From NCBI GenBank assembly GCA_024642665.1, contig JAHEAR010000021.1, positions 453-64,452 on the forward strand: a stretch of 64,000 nt of DNA, read 5' to 3'. Positions 63,799 through 64,000 of this stretch are shown in pieces (the first letter of the stretch is position 1; the number at the start of each line of letters is the position of its first letter). A program made the translations under genes and the position numbers. The notes beneath the pieces were generated by a model. It did not search any database, was not told the origin of the DNA, and was given only the letters and a program-made list of their open reading frames with translations. This DNA is from Bacteroidota bacterium (GTDB lineage Bacteria > Bacteroidota > Bacteroidia > Chitinophagales > Saprospiraceae).

Positions 63799-64000
63799 TT
63801 TCAGAATTTAGTTTTAGTTAATAGCAATTCTTTTCAAGTAAAAAGGTGGTTGGAATTTCTTTATCCTTTATAGAGGGAGGAATATGTGGTAAAAATAGAA
63901 AAAATTGACATTAAAACACGATCGTAATTCATTTTTGTAGCCCGCGTGACAAATATTACGATATCCATTGATGTATGACCTTCACATCTACAGTGACAAC

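Overview
This is 64 kb of bacterial chromosome, very probably Bacteroidota. The support is TAnnTTTG promoter boxes, T9SS C-terminal domains and the miaB-EBP-lptE-secG-groESL gene order; a Saprospiraceae/Chitinophagales-like origin is my inference. The main feature is a ~16.8 kb respiratory operon (5913-22712): alternative complex III (actABCDEF), an A1-type heme-copper oxidase and assembly genes. Its subunit II carries a C-terminal OmpA-like peptidoglycan-binding domain, several subunits carry His-rich inserts, and the only Sco-like gene lacks its copper ligands. Also present are scattered ubiD/ubiX/ubiA genes that look like late futalosine-type menaquinone steps, two tRNA-Arg genes and many housekeeping genes. 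groESL is preceded by a sigma54-like promoter and by palindromic boxes shared with the promoter of the operon encoding a sensor-less sigma54 activator. There are two T9SS cargo proteins, one built from 16 Cys-rich ~95-aa modules with a recent 285-bp tandem expansion. Several intergenic regions are packed with short tandem, inverted and REP-like repeats. I found no CRISPR array, rRNA, transposase or prophage. All product calls come from motif recognition by eye; no searches were run.
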